From a bacterium (GTDB taxonomy: Bacteria > Patescibacteriota > Minisyncoccia > UBA6257 > UBA9933), in NCBI GenBank assembly GCA_030693235.1, contig JAUYBE010000016.1, positions 35,917-99,916 of the forward strand: 64,000 nt of DNA. The letters are read 5' to 3'. The position numbers were made by a program, and so were the translations under genes. Of the stretch, positions 38,113 through 48,273 are shown piece after piece (within the stretch, counting starts at the first letter, position 1; the number at the start of each line of letters is the position of its first letter). Below the pieces are notes generated by a model, which made no database searches, was not told the origin of the DNA, and saw only the letters and a list, made by a program, of their open reading frames with translations.

Positions 38113-40762
38113 TTTTAAACTCGCCTTTAATGATTTTATCTGCCAATTGGTCAAGAACAAGTTTTTGAATCAGTCGTTTGACCGGTCGAGCGCCGTATTC
38201 CGGGTCAAAACCGGCCTCAGCCAAATGCTTTTTCAAAGAATTTTCAAAAACCTGCTTAATGTTTTTCTTAGCCAATCTTTCTTTCACCTGCTCCAATTGA
38301 ATCTCCACGATTTTTTCCATTTCTTTCGCCGTTAAAGAATTAAAAATTATAATCTCGTCCAAGCGATTTAAAAATTCCGGCCGGAAAGTTTCTTTAAGTT
38401 CTGACATTACTTTCTCATGAAAAATTTTAGCCTTGTCGCTCGCGCCTTCTTTTTCTTTATCTGTCGGCGATTCGAATCCAATCCGGGAAATTTCTTTAAA
38501 ATATTCACCGCCGACATTGGAAGTCAGAATAATAACGGCGTTTTTAAAATTAACCAGTTTCCCCTTGCCGTCTGTTAAGCGACCGTTATCCAAAATCTGA
38601 AGCAGGATATTAAAAACTTCCGGATGAGCTTTTTCAATTTCATCAAAAAGAATTAAGCTGTAGGGCCTGTGCCGGACAACTTCGGTTAATTGGCCGCCCT
38701 CTTCGTGACCGACATAGCCTGGCGGCGAACCGATTAGCCGGCTGGTTGAATGCCTTTCCATATACTCGCTCATATCAATGCGAACCAGAGCTTTTTCATC
38801 GTTGAACATAAATTCCGCCAAAGCCCGAGCCAGTTCGGTTTTTCCCACGCCGGTCGGCCCCAAAAACATAAAAGAACCGAGGGGTTTGTCTTCTTCGGAT
38901 AACCCGGCGCGGCCTCGGCGCAACGCGTTGGCAACGGCTTTAATCGCCTCTTCTTGCCCAACCACTCGTTCGCTGAGCACTTCTTCTATTTTAGAAAATT
39001 TTTCCATTTCCGATTCAAGCATTTTTGAAACCGGAATGCCGGTCCATCGGGAAATCACCTCGGCAATATCTTCTTCATAAACCGCTTCTTTGATGAACCG
39101 TTCATCTAACTTTTGACTTTTGACTTTTGACTTTTGACTTTCTCCTGTGTATTTTTTTTCAAACGCCTTAAGCTCTCTTTCGGCCTGCGGCAATTCGCCG
39201 TAAACAATTCTCGCCACCCGTTCCAAACTTCCTTCGCGTTCGGCCATCTCGGCTTGATGGCGCAAGTCCTCAATTTTTTTTCGCAGATTATGAAGATGCT
39301 CAAAAGAAATTTTTTCCGCGTGCCACTTGGCGGAAAGTTCGTCGTTCTCTTCTTTTAATTTCGCCAGTTCTTTTTCAATCGCGGACTTACGCTGACTAAA
39401 CGCAGACTCACGCGGACTTTTTCTGCGTAGTTCCGCATCTTGTTCCGCGTAGTTCTGCGTCTCCGAAAGCAGAGCCTGGCGTTCAATTTCCAAACGGGTG
39501 ATTTCCCGACGTAATTTATCAATTTCCATGGGCAGACTTTCTGTTTCCAATCGCCTGGCCGCCGCGGCTTCGTCAATTAAATCAACCGCTTTGTCCGGCA
39601 AAAAACGGTTGCTGATATAGCGGGCCGAAAGATTAACCGCCGCGATTATCGCTTCATCGCTGATTCTGATGCCGTGATGCATTTCATATTTTTCTTTCAA
39701 GCCGCGCAAAATCGCGATTGAATCTTCAATTGAAGGTTCGTCAACCATAATCGGCGCGAACCGGCGTTCCAAAGCCGCGTCTTTTTCAATATAGCGCTGA
39801 TATTCTCTAATAGTGGTGGCGCCGATTGCCCTAAGTTCGCCGCGCGCCAAAGCCGGCTTCAATAAATTGGAAGCGTCAACCGCGCCTTCGGCGGCGCCGG
39901 CGCCGACAATCATATGAATCTCGTCAATAAAAAGAATATATTTGCCGGCGGCCTGCTGAATTTCTTTTATAAAAGCTTTTAATCGGTCTTCAAATTCGCC
40001 GCGGAATTTGGTGCCGGCAATCAAAGAACCCAAGTCAAGCATAATGATTTCCCGATTTTTCAAAGGCTCGGGAACGTCGCCGGAAATAATTCTTTGCGCC
40101 AAACCTTCAACAACGGCTGTTTTGCCGACGCCGGACTCTCCGATTAAAACCGGATTATTTTTGGTTCGGCGGGACAACACCTGAATCAACCGGCGAAGTT
40201 CTTCATTGCGGCCGATTACCGGGTCAAGTTTTCCGGCTCTCGCCTGTTCGGTTAAATTAACGGCGTATTTTTCCAGAACTTGAAATTTTGATTCCGGCAT
40301 TTCATCGGTAATCCGCATTGAACCTCTAAGACCGGCTAAAATTCTTAAAGCTATTTCCCTGCGCAAGCCGAATTCTTCAAGCAAACGGCTTACTTGCGAA
40401 TCAGATTCCAAAATCGCCAAAAGCAAGTGCTCGCAAGAAATGAATTCGTCTTTTTGATTGGTCGCGATTTTCGCCGCCTTGTCCAGCGCCTTCATTAATT
40501 CCTGGGAAAGATAAAGTTGGGCAAGTCCGCCGCCGCCGACAATTTTCGGCCCCTTTTTTAAAATTTCTTCAACGCGCCGGTTTAACGCTTCCAAATTAAC
40601 GCCGGCCTTGAGAAGAAGCGGCCGCACCAAAGAGCTTTCGTCAATTATCAAAGCCGCCAAAAGATGAACAATTTTAAATTCGCCGTGATTTTCTTTGGCC
40701 GCGATTTCCTGGGCGTTTTGCAACGCCTCCTGAGCTTTAATTGTAAAACGATGAAAATTCAT
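38048..40762 (-). CDS. clpB: ClpB/ClpC AAA+ chaperone
   Basis: Clp N domain, two Walker A motifs ([16 protein letters not shown]), coiled-coil middle domain. Confidence 0.95.
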   Translation of the reverse strand: MNFHRFTIKAQEALQNAQEIAAKENHGEFKIVHLLAALIIDESSLVRPLLLKAGVNLEALNRRVEEILKKGPKIVGGGGLAQLYLSQELMKALDKAAKIATNQKDEFISCEHLLLAILESDSQVSRLLEEFGLRREIALRILAGLRGSMRITDEMPESKFQVLEKYAVNLTEQARAGKLDPVIGRNEELRRLIQVLSRRTKNNPVLIGESGVGKTAVVEGLAQRIISGDVPEPLKNREIIMLDLGSLIAGTKFRGEFEDRLKAFIKEIQQAAGKYILFIDEIHMIVGAGAAEGAVDASNLLKPALARGELRAIGATTIREYQRYIEKDAALERRFAPIMVDEPSIEDSIAILRGLKEKYEMHHGIRISDEAIIAAVNLSARYISNRFLPDKAVDLIDEAAAARRLETESLPMEIDKLRREITRLEIERQALLSETQNYAEQDAELRRKSPRESAFSQRKSAIEKELAKLKEENDELSAKWHAEKISFEHLHNLRKKIEDLRHQAEMAEREGSLERVARIVYGELPQAERELKAFEKKYTGESQKSKVKSQKLDERFIKEAVYEEDIAEVISRWTGIPVSKMLESEMEKFSKIEEVLSERVVGQEEAIKAVANALRRGRAGLSEEDKPLGSFMFLGPTGVGKTELARALAEFMFNDEKALVRIDMSEYMERHSTSRLIGSPPGYVGHEEGGQLTEVVRHRPYSLILFDEIEKAHPEVFNILLQILDNGRLTDGKGKLVNFKNAVIILTSNVGGEYFKEISRIGFESPTDKEKEGASDKAKIFHEKVMSELKETFRPEFLNRLDEIIIFNSLTAKEMEKIVEIQLEQVKERLAKKNIKQVFENSLKKHLAEAGFDPEYGARPVKRLIQKLVLDQLADKIIKGEFKNVKKIKIGFRDPQGLTLNIGA
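39109..39141. repeat. ACTTTTG heptamer array, in frame in clpB
   Basis: Encodes [10 protein letters not shown]. Confidence 0.85.
39380..39460. repeat. Family B empty inverted array, in frame in the clpB middle domain
   Basis: Encodes [27 protein letters not shown]. Confidence 0.85.
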
Positions 40763-40830
40763 AAATCAACGAATAAACGAATTCGCTTATTAATATTCAT
40801 TATATTATAATTATAATTAACAAAATTCAA

Positions 40831-42411
40831 ATGTCAAAACTATACCGTTTTTATGAAATAATTCCCGGCTCTTTGGCTTGGACAACGATTATTTTAATAT
40901 TTCTCCTTTCTTGGCTGGCGCCGGCGCTAACGGCGATTTTTATTATTCTTTTTGACATCTACTGGCTTCTTAAAACAATTTATCTTTCCTTCCATCTCCG
41001 CGCCACCTTTTCAAAAATGAGAGAAAATCTCAAAATTGATTGGTTGGAGAAACTCAAAAAATGTCATTGCGAGCGAAGCGAAGCAATCTCAATAACAAAA
41101 GGATTGCTTCGTCGCTCCGCTCCTCGCAATGACAGTATTGCTTCGGGTAATTCGGGTCGCAATTGGTCGAACGTTTACCACCTCATCATCCTCCCGATGT
41201 ATAAAGAACCGTACGAAGTTGTTAAAGAATCTTTTGAAAGCTTGATTAAAACAAATTATCCGAAAGATAAATTTATCGTGGTTTTGGCGACTGAAGAACA
41301 AGGAGGCGAGCCTGCTCAAGAAACCGCCAAAAAAATCCAGCAAGAATTCGGCAATAAATTTTTTAAATTTTTAATCGCGACTCATCCGGCAAATATAGCC
41401 AACGAGCTTCCGGGCAAAGGATCCAACCAAGCCTGGGCAACTAAAGAGGTGAAAAGATTAATTATTGACCCCTTAAAAATTCCCTATGAAAATATCCTGA
41501 CTTCGGTTTTTGATATTGACACCCAAGTCTTGCCGGATTATTTCAGCCGCCTGACTTATGTTTTTTTAACTTGCGAAAATCCCCAACGCTCCAGCTTCCA
41601 GCCGATTCCTTTTTTCACCAATAATATTTTCCAAGCGCCGGCTTTGGGAAGAGTCATCGCTTTCTCCTGCACTTTTTGGCAAATGATGCAGCAATCCCGT
41701 CCCGAACGCTTAACCACTTTTTCTTCCCATTCGATGCCTTTTAAAGCGCTTGTTGAAATCGGCTTTTGGAATACCGATATCGTTTCAGAAGACTCCCGGA
41801 TTTTTTGGCAATGCTATTTTCATTATAACGCCGACTGGCGGGTTGAACCGCTTTTTTATCCGGTTTCAATGGATGCCAATGTGACGCCGAAATTCTGGCA
41901 AACAATGCTCAATTTATACAAACAACAACGCCGCTGGGGCTGGGGCTGCGAAAATATTCCTTATATGCTGGACGGTTTTAGAAAAAATAAAAAGATCTCT
42001 TTTAGAAAAAAAATTCACTGGGCGTTTAACGCGATTGAAGGATTTCATTCGTGGGCGACCAATGCTTTGATAATTTTCGCTTTGGGCTGGCTGCCTTTAA
42101 TGCTGGGCGGAGCTGATTTTAATTTTACTCTTCTTTCTTATAGCTTGCCTCAAATCACTCACTGGATTATGACTTTGGCGATGTTTGGAATTATCACTTC
42201 GGCGATTTTAAGCGTTATTTTGCTTCCGCCAAAACCCGATTGGTTTAAAAAACGGCATTACTTTTTTTATTTCTTGCAATGGGCATTGATGCCGATTACC
42301 TTGATAATTTTCGGCGCTTTTCCGGGGCTGGAAGCCCAAACCCGCTTAATGCTCGGCGGCAAATTCCGCTTGGGTTTTTGGGTAACGCCGAAACAGAGAC
42401 TTAACTCATAG
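40831..42411 (+). CDS. Membrane GT2 glycosyltransferase (QxxRW type)
   Basis: PMYKE, DID, SEDS and QQRRW motifs with flanking TM segments. Confidence 0.85.
   Translation: MSKLYRFYEIIPGSLAWTTIILIFLLSWLAPALTAIFIILFDIYWLLKTIYLSFHLRATFSKMRENLKIDWLEKLKKCHCERSEAISITKGLLRRSAPRNDSIASGNSGRNWSNVYHLIILPMYKEPYEVVKESFESLIKTNYPKDKFIVVLATEEQGGEPAQETAKKIQQEFGNKFFKFLIATHPANIANELPGKGSNQAWATKEVKRLIIDPLKIPYENILTSVFDIDTQVLPDYFSRLTYVFLTCENPQRSSFQPIPFFTNNIFQAPALGRVIAFSCTFWQMMQQSRPERLTTFSSHSMPFKALVEIGFWNTDIVSEDSRIFWQCYFHYNADWRVEPLFYPVSMDANVTPKFWQTMLNLYKQQRRWGWGCENIPYMLDGFRKNKKISFRKKIHWAFNAIEGFHSWATNALIIFALGWLPLMLGGADFNFTLLSYSLPQITHWIMTLAMFGIITSAILSVILLPPKPDWFKKRHYFFYFLQWALMPITLIIFGAFPGLEAQTRLMLGGKFRLGFWVTPKQRLNS
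41063..41163. repeat. Family A palindrome, in frame in the membrane GT2
   Basis: gtcattgcgagcgaagcgaagcaatc...gattgcttcgtcgctccgctcctcgcaatgac. Confidence 0.9.
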
Positions 42412-42473
42412 TTCATAAGGTTTATAAAGTTATAAAGTTTATAAAGTATAATTTCATAATGATTAAAATGTAT

Positions 42474-42975
42474 TCATTCATAAGATTTTATTTCTTTTTG
42501 CAAATCGTCTAATAGTTTTTGTGTTTTTTCAATCTCCCGCTGTGTTTCTTTTGATTGTTGAACTGAATAAACAACCTTTCCGTTAATAGTCATTTTTTCT
42601 AAATATGTTTTTCCATTTTGATATTTAAATACGACATTCCAACTGCTTCTAAGCATTGCGCTAAAACTATTTTGCGAATCAACACAAGAAACGACTTCGT
42701 ACCTATCATCATTTAGGCGATGAACAATAAAATCTAATGGGGAAAACTTTGCAGTTGATGGAGATTTTAAAGCTTGTTTTACATAATATTGTCCCTGTAT
42801 ATAAATATCAATATCGTCCAGTGTTTGTTGTGTCTGTGTTGAAGGATTGTTTTCATTATTTCCACCAAAAAGCAAACTACAGAATATTATAAAAGAGAAA
42901 AAAAATAATTAACCCATAAATAAGATGTTTTACTCCATATTCCTTTTTTGGTTTTTCCGTATTTTGTGTTGTCAT
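42474..42975 (-). pseudogene. Membrane-anchored hypothetical protein frameshifted at an 8-nt homopolymer
   Basis: MTTQNTEKPKKEYGVKHLIYGLIIFF joins SFIIFCSLLFGG if one base of A8 (42898-42905) is removed; LKSPSTAKF and VDSQNSF motifs. Confidence 0.6.
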
Positions 42976-43024
42976 CGCTTTATATCCAGCAATGGGAAAT
43001 AAAAGCCCGCTGTAAAATAAAAAT

Positions 43025-43369
43025 TTATAAAGTTTTTATAAGTCCGGAAATTAATCGCGAAATTTCTAAGGATAAATTATACATCTCATCAAATTCCTTC
43101 TTTGAAATATAACCTAACTCATCAGCTATATAAAGCATTGACCTGTATTCGCCGCAAGAGCCCTTAGCTATAAAAAGAAAATACCTAAATTCTTTATTTC
43201 CGCCACGTTCAAAACCCTCGGCAATATTATTCATAATCGAAATTACCGCCCTTTGAATTTGATCTCTAAATGAATAATCGCGATTTTTATTAAAATTTTT
43301 ATACGTCCTTAAAACAAGTTCTTTCGCTTTTTGCCAAGAATTTATATCTTCAAATTTCTCTATTTTCAT
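43025..43369 (-). CDS. Four-helix-bundle protein
   Basis: FEDINSWQKA, DQIQRAVISIMNNIAEGFER and AKGSCGE motifs. Confidence 0.9.
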   Translation of the reverse strand: MKIEKFEDINSWQKAKELVLRTYKNFNKNRDYSFRDQIQRAVISIMNNIAEGFERGGNKEFRYFLFIAKGSCGEYRSMLYIADELGYISKKEFDEMYNLSLEISRLISGLIKTL

Positions 43370-43408
43370 AACTTTACAAACTTTATTAACTTTATGAACC
43401 TTTAACTA

Positions 43409-44944
43409 CTATTCCTTTTCCCTCACCCGATATTGAAAAGCTTCGGCTAAATGGTTGGCTTTGACTTTTTCCGATTCTTCTAAATCGGCGATGGTGCGGC
43501 TGATTTTTAGAATCCGGTAATACCCCCGCGCCGAGACAAAAGATTTTTCCAAGATATTTTTCAAAAAATTTTCCGCCGTGGCGTCCAAATCAACCAATTC
43601 ATCCGTTTGCTTTGAACTCATTTCAGAATTGAGGCGTATTTTTGATTTAATCAAACGCCCTTGCTGGATATCGCGGGCTTTCGCTACTTGATTTTTTATT
43701 TTTTCGCTTAATTTTTCGTCGCGATTTTTGTTTCTTAAGTCTTCTATTTTCACCCGCGGCACTTCAATTTGAATATCAATCCTGTCAAGCAAGGGTCCGG
43801 AAATTTTTTTCTGATATCTGAAAACTTCATTGGCGCTGCAACGGCATTCTTTCTCGCTATCGCCGAAATAACCGCAAGGACAAGGATTCATCGCCGCCAC
43901 CAAAGAAAATTTTGCCGGAAACGTCAAAGTGTTTTTAGAACGGGAAACACAAATCCGGCCGCTTTCCAACGGCTGGCGCAATGACTCCAATAAATCGCGC
44001 CGAAATTCCGGCATTTCATCAAGAAATAAAATTCCGTAATGAGCCAGACTGATTTCTCCCGGTTTTGGATTAGTTCCGCCGCCGACAATTGAAACCGGCG
44101 AAGCGCTGTGGTGAGGAGAACGAAAGGGCCGAAAATTCAAAAAATTATTTTCTTTAAGCAAGCCCGCCGCTGAATAAATTTGAGTAATTTCAATGGCTTC
44201 TTCCAGAGACGGCGGTGGAAGAATGGAAATCAGAGCTTGCGCCATCATGGTTTTGCCTGCTCCTGGCGGTCCGGTCATTAACAAATGATGGCCTCCGCTG
44301 GCCGCCACCGTCAAAGCTCTTTTGGCGCTTTCCTGGCCTTTGATTTCAGAGATGTCCGTGAAAGACTGATTTTGCCCCGGCTGAAATTCGGTAATCGGCT
44401 GGACTTTTATCAACTCTCTTTCTTCCAAATGATTGATTAATTCTTCAAGATTGGAAACCGGAATAATTTTCGCGCCTTTGATGACCGCCGCTTCAACGGC
44501 GTTTTGTTTCGGCAGAAATAAAAATTTAAAATTCAATTTCTTGGCCAAGCGGCTGATATTCAAAGCGCCGTTAATCGGTCGGATTATTCCTTCCAAAGAA
44601 AGCTCGCCGACAAAAACTTTATCCCCTGTTTCAAATTCCTTAATCTGTTTGGTCGCCAGCATATAACCGACGGCAATGGCCAAGTCATATTGCGAGCCGG
44701 TTTTTTTAATGTCCGCCGGCGCCAAATTAATGGTAATTTTTCGGTTTTCTTTGGTCGGCGGCTTTATGCCGCTATTTTTCAAAGCCGAACTGACCCGTTC
44801 TTTCGCCTCGTTCAGCGCTTTATCCGCCAAACCGACGATATTAAAAGAATGGAGACCGACATTAATATCGGTCTCCACCTCAATAAGTTTAGCTTCAATG
44901 CCTTCAAGTTCGGCGGAATAAACTTTGGAAAAATTTTTCGCCAT
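43409..44944 (-). CDS. comM: ComM/YifB Mg-chelatase-like AAA+ ATPase
   Basis: NLAPADIKK, GPPGAGKT, PFRSPHHS and AAMNPCPCG motifs. Confidence 0.93.
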   Translation of the reverse strand: MAKNFSKVYSAELEGIEAKLIEVETDINVGLHSFNIVGLADKALNEAKERVSSALKNSGIKPPTKENRKITINLAPADIKKTGSQYDLAIAVGYMLATKQIKEFETGDKVFVGELSLEGIIRPINGALNISRLAKKLNFKFLFLPKQNAVEAAVIKGAKIIPVSNLEELINHLEERELIKVQPITEFQPGQNQSFTDISEIKGQESAKRALTVAASGGHHLLMTGPPGAGKTMMAQALISILPPPSLEEAIEITQIYSAAGLLKENNFLNFRPFRSPHHSASPVSIVGGGTNPKPGEISLAHYGILFLDEMPEFRRDLLESLRQPLESGRICVSRSKNTLTFPAKFSLVAAMNPCPCGYFGDSEKECRCSANEVFRYQKKISGPLLDRIDIQIEVPRVKIEDLRNKNRDEKLSEKIKNQVAKARDIQQGRLIKSKIRLNSEMSSKQTDELVDLDATAENFLKNILEKSFVSARGYYRILKISRTIADLEESEKVKANHLAEAFQYRVREKE

Positions 44945-44946
44945 TA

Positions 44947-45211
44947 CCCGGTTAATTCAACTTCAAAAGGCAAAAATTGCTTAGATACCTCTGAAGATTT
45001 TTATTATTATTGAACATTTTCGACCAATTTATTGATTTCATAGAAATATTTTTGCCTACCCAGTGATTCAATTAATTGAATTTACTGGGCCTAATTTATG
45101 TTCTTCTAATTTTTTTCTTGGATTACTTATGTAGCCGATATAATGTTTATTATCCTTAAAACCTAATAATATATAAACGCAGAAGAACATTATTGAAGTT
45201 GAATTACCGGG
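44947..45211 (-). mobile_element. 265-bp element with ~19-nt TIRs, 5-bp target duplication and a decayed GIY-YIG nuclease gene
   Basis: TIR cccggt(t)aattcaacttcaa; CATTA on both sides; ORF 45068-45214 encodes MFFCVYILLGFKDNKHYIGYISNPRKKLEEH. Confidence 0.72.
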
Positions 45212-45213
45212 CA

Positions 45214-45543
45214 TTATTTTTTCTTTTTACAATTTTTGCACAACTTTGATTCCGGCACCACTTTTAAAACATCCGAAGAAATTTCAGCTCCGCATTTCTC
45301 GCAAACACCGTATTTCCCTTTCTCAATTTTATTTAAAGCTGAATCAACTTTTATCAAACGCTCTTTATAGGTTTGAGCGATTGACAATTGCTTGTCGAAT
45401 TCCGCTGTTTCGCTGGTTTCTTCATCAGAATCAACTTCATCGCCAAAATCCGGCGTCTTATAAAGACTCTTTACTTTCTTTTCAATTTCTTTCTTTATTC
45501 CCGCTAATTGATTTTTAAATTTTGTTAAAATTTTGAATTCCAT
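45214..45543 (-). CDS. TraR/DksA C4 zinc-finger protein
   Basis: ALNKIEKGKYGVCEKCG...LCKNC. Confidence 0.88.
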   Translation of the reverse strand: MEFKILTKFKNQLAGIKKEIEKKVKSLYKTPDFGDEVDSDEETSETAEFDKQLSIAQTYKERLIKVDSALNKIEKGKYGVCEKCGAEISSDVLKVVPESKLCKNCKKKK

Positions 45544-45603
45544 GCCAATGTTGTTAAAATTTACGAGCTCAATGCGAAGTAAATTTTACCACAACATTGA
45601 GCA

Positions 45604-45631
45604 CCCAGCACATAACACTTTATGTGCTGGG
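45604..45631. repeat. Intergenic perfect hairpin
   Basis: cccagcacataa-cact-ttatgtgctggg. Confidence 0.6.
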
Positions 45632-45676
45632 CAAAGGTTTGATTATGAAAAATTCTACACCTACTGCTTGAATTTT

Positions 45677-46051
45677 TCAATCAAGCCCTTTAAAAAGCCA
45701 TTGCGAAATGACGAAATATCCCAAAAATCCGAAAGCGGCAATGAACGCCGAAATCCCGATAATTATTCCGGTTATTTTCAATTTATTCGTCTTTTTCCCC
45801 GGCTGTTGTTCCTGTTCCGCGGAAATGACGGCAGGCGAAGAAAAAATCGCTTTTTCCGGACCGGTATAACCGGGGATGTTGATATTCGCTTCGATTTTTG
45901 TTTTTTCAAAACTAACCGGCTGACGAGCGACTATCTCGCCGCCGCCCCGCTCAATATCTTCAATATCCGATTCCAAAGTGCGAATCGTTATTCCGGGTTC
46001 CGGAGGCGCCGATATTATTGACGATTTTTGTTTGTTTAAATTTTCTTCCAT
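45677..46051 (-). CDS. Hypothetical protein with C-terminal TM helix
   Basis: IRTLESD motif and hydrophobic C-terminus. Confidence 0.6.
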   Translation of the reverse strand: MEENLNKQKSSIISAPPEPGITIRTLESDIEDIERGGGEIVARQPVSFEKTKIEANINIPGYTGPEKAIFSSPAVISAEQEQQPGKKTNKLKITGIIIGISAFIAAFGFLGYFVISQWLFKGLD

Positions 46052-46389
46052 TATAAAATCTTATTTAAATTTTCTAATAATTCATTGGGACTTAAATTAT
46101 CCAAGTTCTCCATCAAAATCCTAGCCCTCATAGAGGCGCCTTCTAAAACGCTTTTGTTTAAAAATTCCGCAGCTTCTTCGCTATTTATCAGGATTTCAAT
46201 ATTATTCAACCTTTCTTTAAAATTTTTAAGCCAGTCTTCCGCGCTTTCGCTATAATAATTCTTGATTTCCGCCACTTCTGTCCCTATTAATCCTTCTAAT
46301 TCTTCTGCTGAGGAAATTTTTTCCTGTTCATTTTGTTCGGCTTGTTCATCTTGTTCGCTTGGAGAACCAAGCATTTCAATGTTTCCCAT
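46051..46389 (-). CDS. Acidic hypothetical protein
   Basis: 112-aa ORF coupled (TAATG) to the next gene. Confidence 0.5.
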   Translation of the reverse strand: MGNIEMLGSPSEQDEQAEQNEQEKISSAEELEGLIGTEVAEIKNYYSESAEDWLKNFKERLNNIEILINSEEAAEFLNKSVLEGASMRARILMENLDNLSPNELLENLNKIL

Positions 46390-46436
46390 ATATTTTTATT
46401 TTATTATTTTAAAACAAATAAGGCAAGGAATAATAG

Positions 46437-46520
46437 TGCGCGGGAGAGGACTCGAACCTCCACGTCCTTGCGGACACCAGCACCTCAAGCTGGCCTGGCT
46501 ACCGATTACAGCACCCGCGC
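46437..46520 (-). tRNA. tRNA-Leu(GAG)
   Basis: Cloverleaf, anticodon arm CCAGC-TTGAGGT-GCTGG, long variable arm. Confidence 0.92.
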
Positions 46521-46523
46521 AAT

Positions 46524-46826
46524 TTACGCCGCCACCCCGATTTTCTTGCGAGATTTTTTCTTGGATAATTTTCTCAAAAAATAAATTTTCGCCCGACGAA
46601 CTCTTTTAGGAGAACTCAAAATCTTCACCTTGACGATATTCGGCGAATTAATGGGATAAATTTTTTCGCAGCCGATTTCGTCAATAATCGCGCGAACGGT
46701 AAAAGTCGCGCCAATTTCATTGCCGTGTTTTCGAGCGAGCACTACGCCCTTAAAAGCGCCTAGTTTATCCTGAACTGAAACCACGGCGCCAGATCTTATT
46801 TGTTTTAAAATTTCTTCTGGAATCAT
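46524..46826 (-). CDS. rplS: 50S ribosomal protein L19
   Basis: FKGVVLA, TFTVR, EKIYP and VRRAKIYFLR motifs. Confidence 0.9.
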   Translation of the reverse strand: MIPEEILKQIRSGAVVSVQDKLGAFKGVVLARKHGNEIGATFTVRAIIDEIGCEKIYPINSPNIVKVKILSSPKRVRRAKIYFLRKLSKKKSRKKIGVAA

Positions 46827-46859
46827 AAAATCAACGAATAACGAATTAGTACGAATATA

Positions 46860-47645
46860 CTAATCTTTATTTTTGAAGCCGTCAAGAATTCTTTTTAATT
46901 CTTCGGGCAGTTCGGCCGCTATTTTTATTCGTCTACCCGGGGAAATATTAAATTCCAAAGATTCGGCGTGAAGAAACTGGCGCTTTAAGCCGAATGAATT
47001 TTCTTTCGGTCCGTAAAGCGAATCACCGACAATCGGATAACCGATTGAAGCTAAATGAACTCTAATTTGATGGGTCCGACCGGTTTTTGGCATTACTTTC
47101 AGCAAGCTGAAAGTCGCTGACTGACGCGGACTTAACGCCGACAAACGCGGAATTTCAATATATTTAATGACTCTATATTCTGTAATCGCCTCTTTTTCCA
47201 GCCTGCCCTTCCAAACGGTTCTTTTGATAGCGCCTGATTTAATACTGATTGGTTTTTTAATAACGCCGGTTTTCGGTTCAAGTTTTCCCCAAACCAAAGC
47301 CAGATAAGTTTTTTTTATTTGACTGCCTTGTCTCCCTTCGGGAGATCTCCCGTAGGGAGAAAAAAGATTTTTTAAATATTCAAAATATTTCTGATTGCGC
47401 GCGACCAACAATACGCCGGAGGTATCTTTATCTAAACGATGAACAATGCCCGGCCGAGTTTGAGGTTCATCGCCGACATTTTTAACTTCGGGATATTTTT
47501 CCGATAGCCAATCAACTAAGGTAAAATCAGGTTTTAGGTTTTGGGTTTTAGGTTTTAGATTAATTGAGTGGACCAAGATGCCGGCCGGCTTATAAACCGC
47601 CAAGAAATTTTTGTCTTTGTAAATGACGCGGATTTGATTTTGCAT
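46860..47645 (-). CDS. RluA-family pseudouridine synthase with three repeat inserts
   Basis: KPAG, HRLDKDTSG, TGRTHQIRVH and FLHA motifs. Confidence 0.93.
   Translation of the reverse strand: MQNQIRVIYKDKNFLAVYKPAGILVHSINLKPKTQNLKPDFTLVDWLSEKYPEVKNVGDEPQTRPGIVHRLDKDTSGVLLVARNQKYFEYLKNLFSPYGRSPEGRQGSQIKKTYLALVWGKLEPKTGVIKKPISIKSGAIKRTVWKGRLEKEAITEYRVIKYIEIPRLSALSPRQSATFSLLKVMPKTGRTHQIRVHLASIGYPIVGDSLYGPKENSFGLKRQFLHAESLEFNISPGRRIKIAAELPEELKRILDGFKNKD
47331..47360. repeat. Twin mini-hairpin insert in rluA (family F)
   Basis: tctcccttcgggaga-tctcccgtagggaga; encodes SPYGRSPEGR. Confidence 0.8.
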
Positions 47646-47676
47646 TAATAAAATCTTAACAAATTGAAAAATAAAA

Positions 47677-47710
47677 AGAAGTTGCAGGGTAAACCATGCA
47701 ACTTCTGTTT
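47677..47710 (-). terminator. Probable intrinsic terminator
   Basis: agaagttgca...tgcaacttct stem with A/T tails. Confidence 0.55.
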
Positions 47711-47811
47711 AGTTTTTGCCTGTGCATCTTTGGCGACAAATTCTTTTTTAGGAAAAGAAAAGTCCCAAACTGATTAGCTTCCGCAAGGGACTAATAAACG
47801 ATTCCCCCACA

Positions 47812-48273
47812 TTAAAATCCTATTACTTGAATTTTCTTGTAGGGCGCGAAAAAAGATTTTTTCTTTTCAACTCTGTCTTTTGTCGTAACGACATACAAGA
47901 CATCAAAGCCGTGATAAACAGCAAGAATGAATTGGTCGCCGTTGACATGACAAAGGACAGTGCCAATTTCAATCACGGGAATCACCACACTGGCATGGAC
48001 GCCCAAATCAGCTAAACGATCCTGAATTTCTGCCTGGTTTTTCTCCAATGTGTCCCTTGCCAATTGTTTCTCTTTCAAGTTTGCAGTTTCGCGACCCAGC
48101 GGGCCGAATTCTCTAACAGACAAACCAGCTGTCGCGAATGCTTCATTGATTTGAGTGCCACCTCCCACGCACACAACTACGAAATATTCTTGGCTCAATT
48201 CTTTAATCCAGCGCAATACATCATCGCTAAGCATATCGCCTGACATTTTAATAAAGCAGTTTTTCCGAGACAT
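47812..48273 (-). CDS. Small amino-acid-kinase-fold-like protein
   Basis: FIKMSG, VCVGGGTQIN and VNGD motifs; strong AGGAGG SD. Confidence 0.55.
   Translation of the reverse strand: MSRKNCFIKMSGDMLSDDVLRWIKELSQEYFVVVCVGGGTQINEAFATAGLSVREFGPLGRETANLKEKQLARDTLEKNQAEIQDRLADLGVHASVVIPVIEIGTVLCHVNGDQFILAVYHGFDVLYVVTTKDRVEKKKSFFAPYKKIQVIGF

Larger units (their letters stand above)
42411..43405 (-). mobile_element. Cassette bounded by inverted 9-mer arrays (TATAAAGTT / AACTTTAT) carrying a four-helix-bundle gene and a cargo gene
   Basis: Arrays at 42411-42450 and 43370-43405 are reverse complements. Confidence 0.6.

Noticed and set aside
34357-43369. Diversity-generating retroelement suggested by Avd-like four-helix proteins
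   Set aside because: No reverse transcriptase in the window. Differences between duplicated gene ends are not adenine-specific and include many synonymous changes.
45533-46609. Plus-strand ORFs of 83-162 aa
   Set aside because: Antisense shadows of minus-strand genes and tRNA-Leu; the same applies to the other short antisense ORFs in the track.
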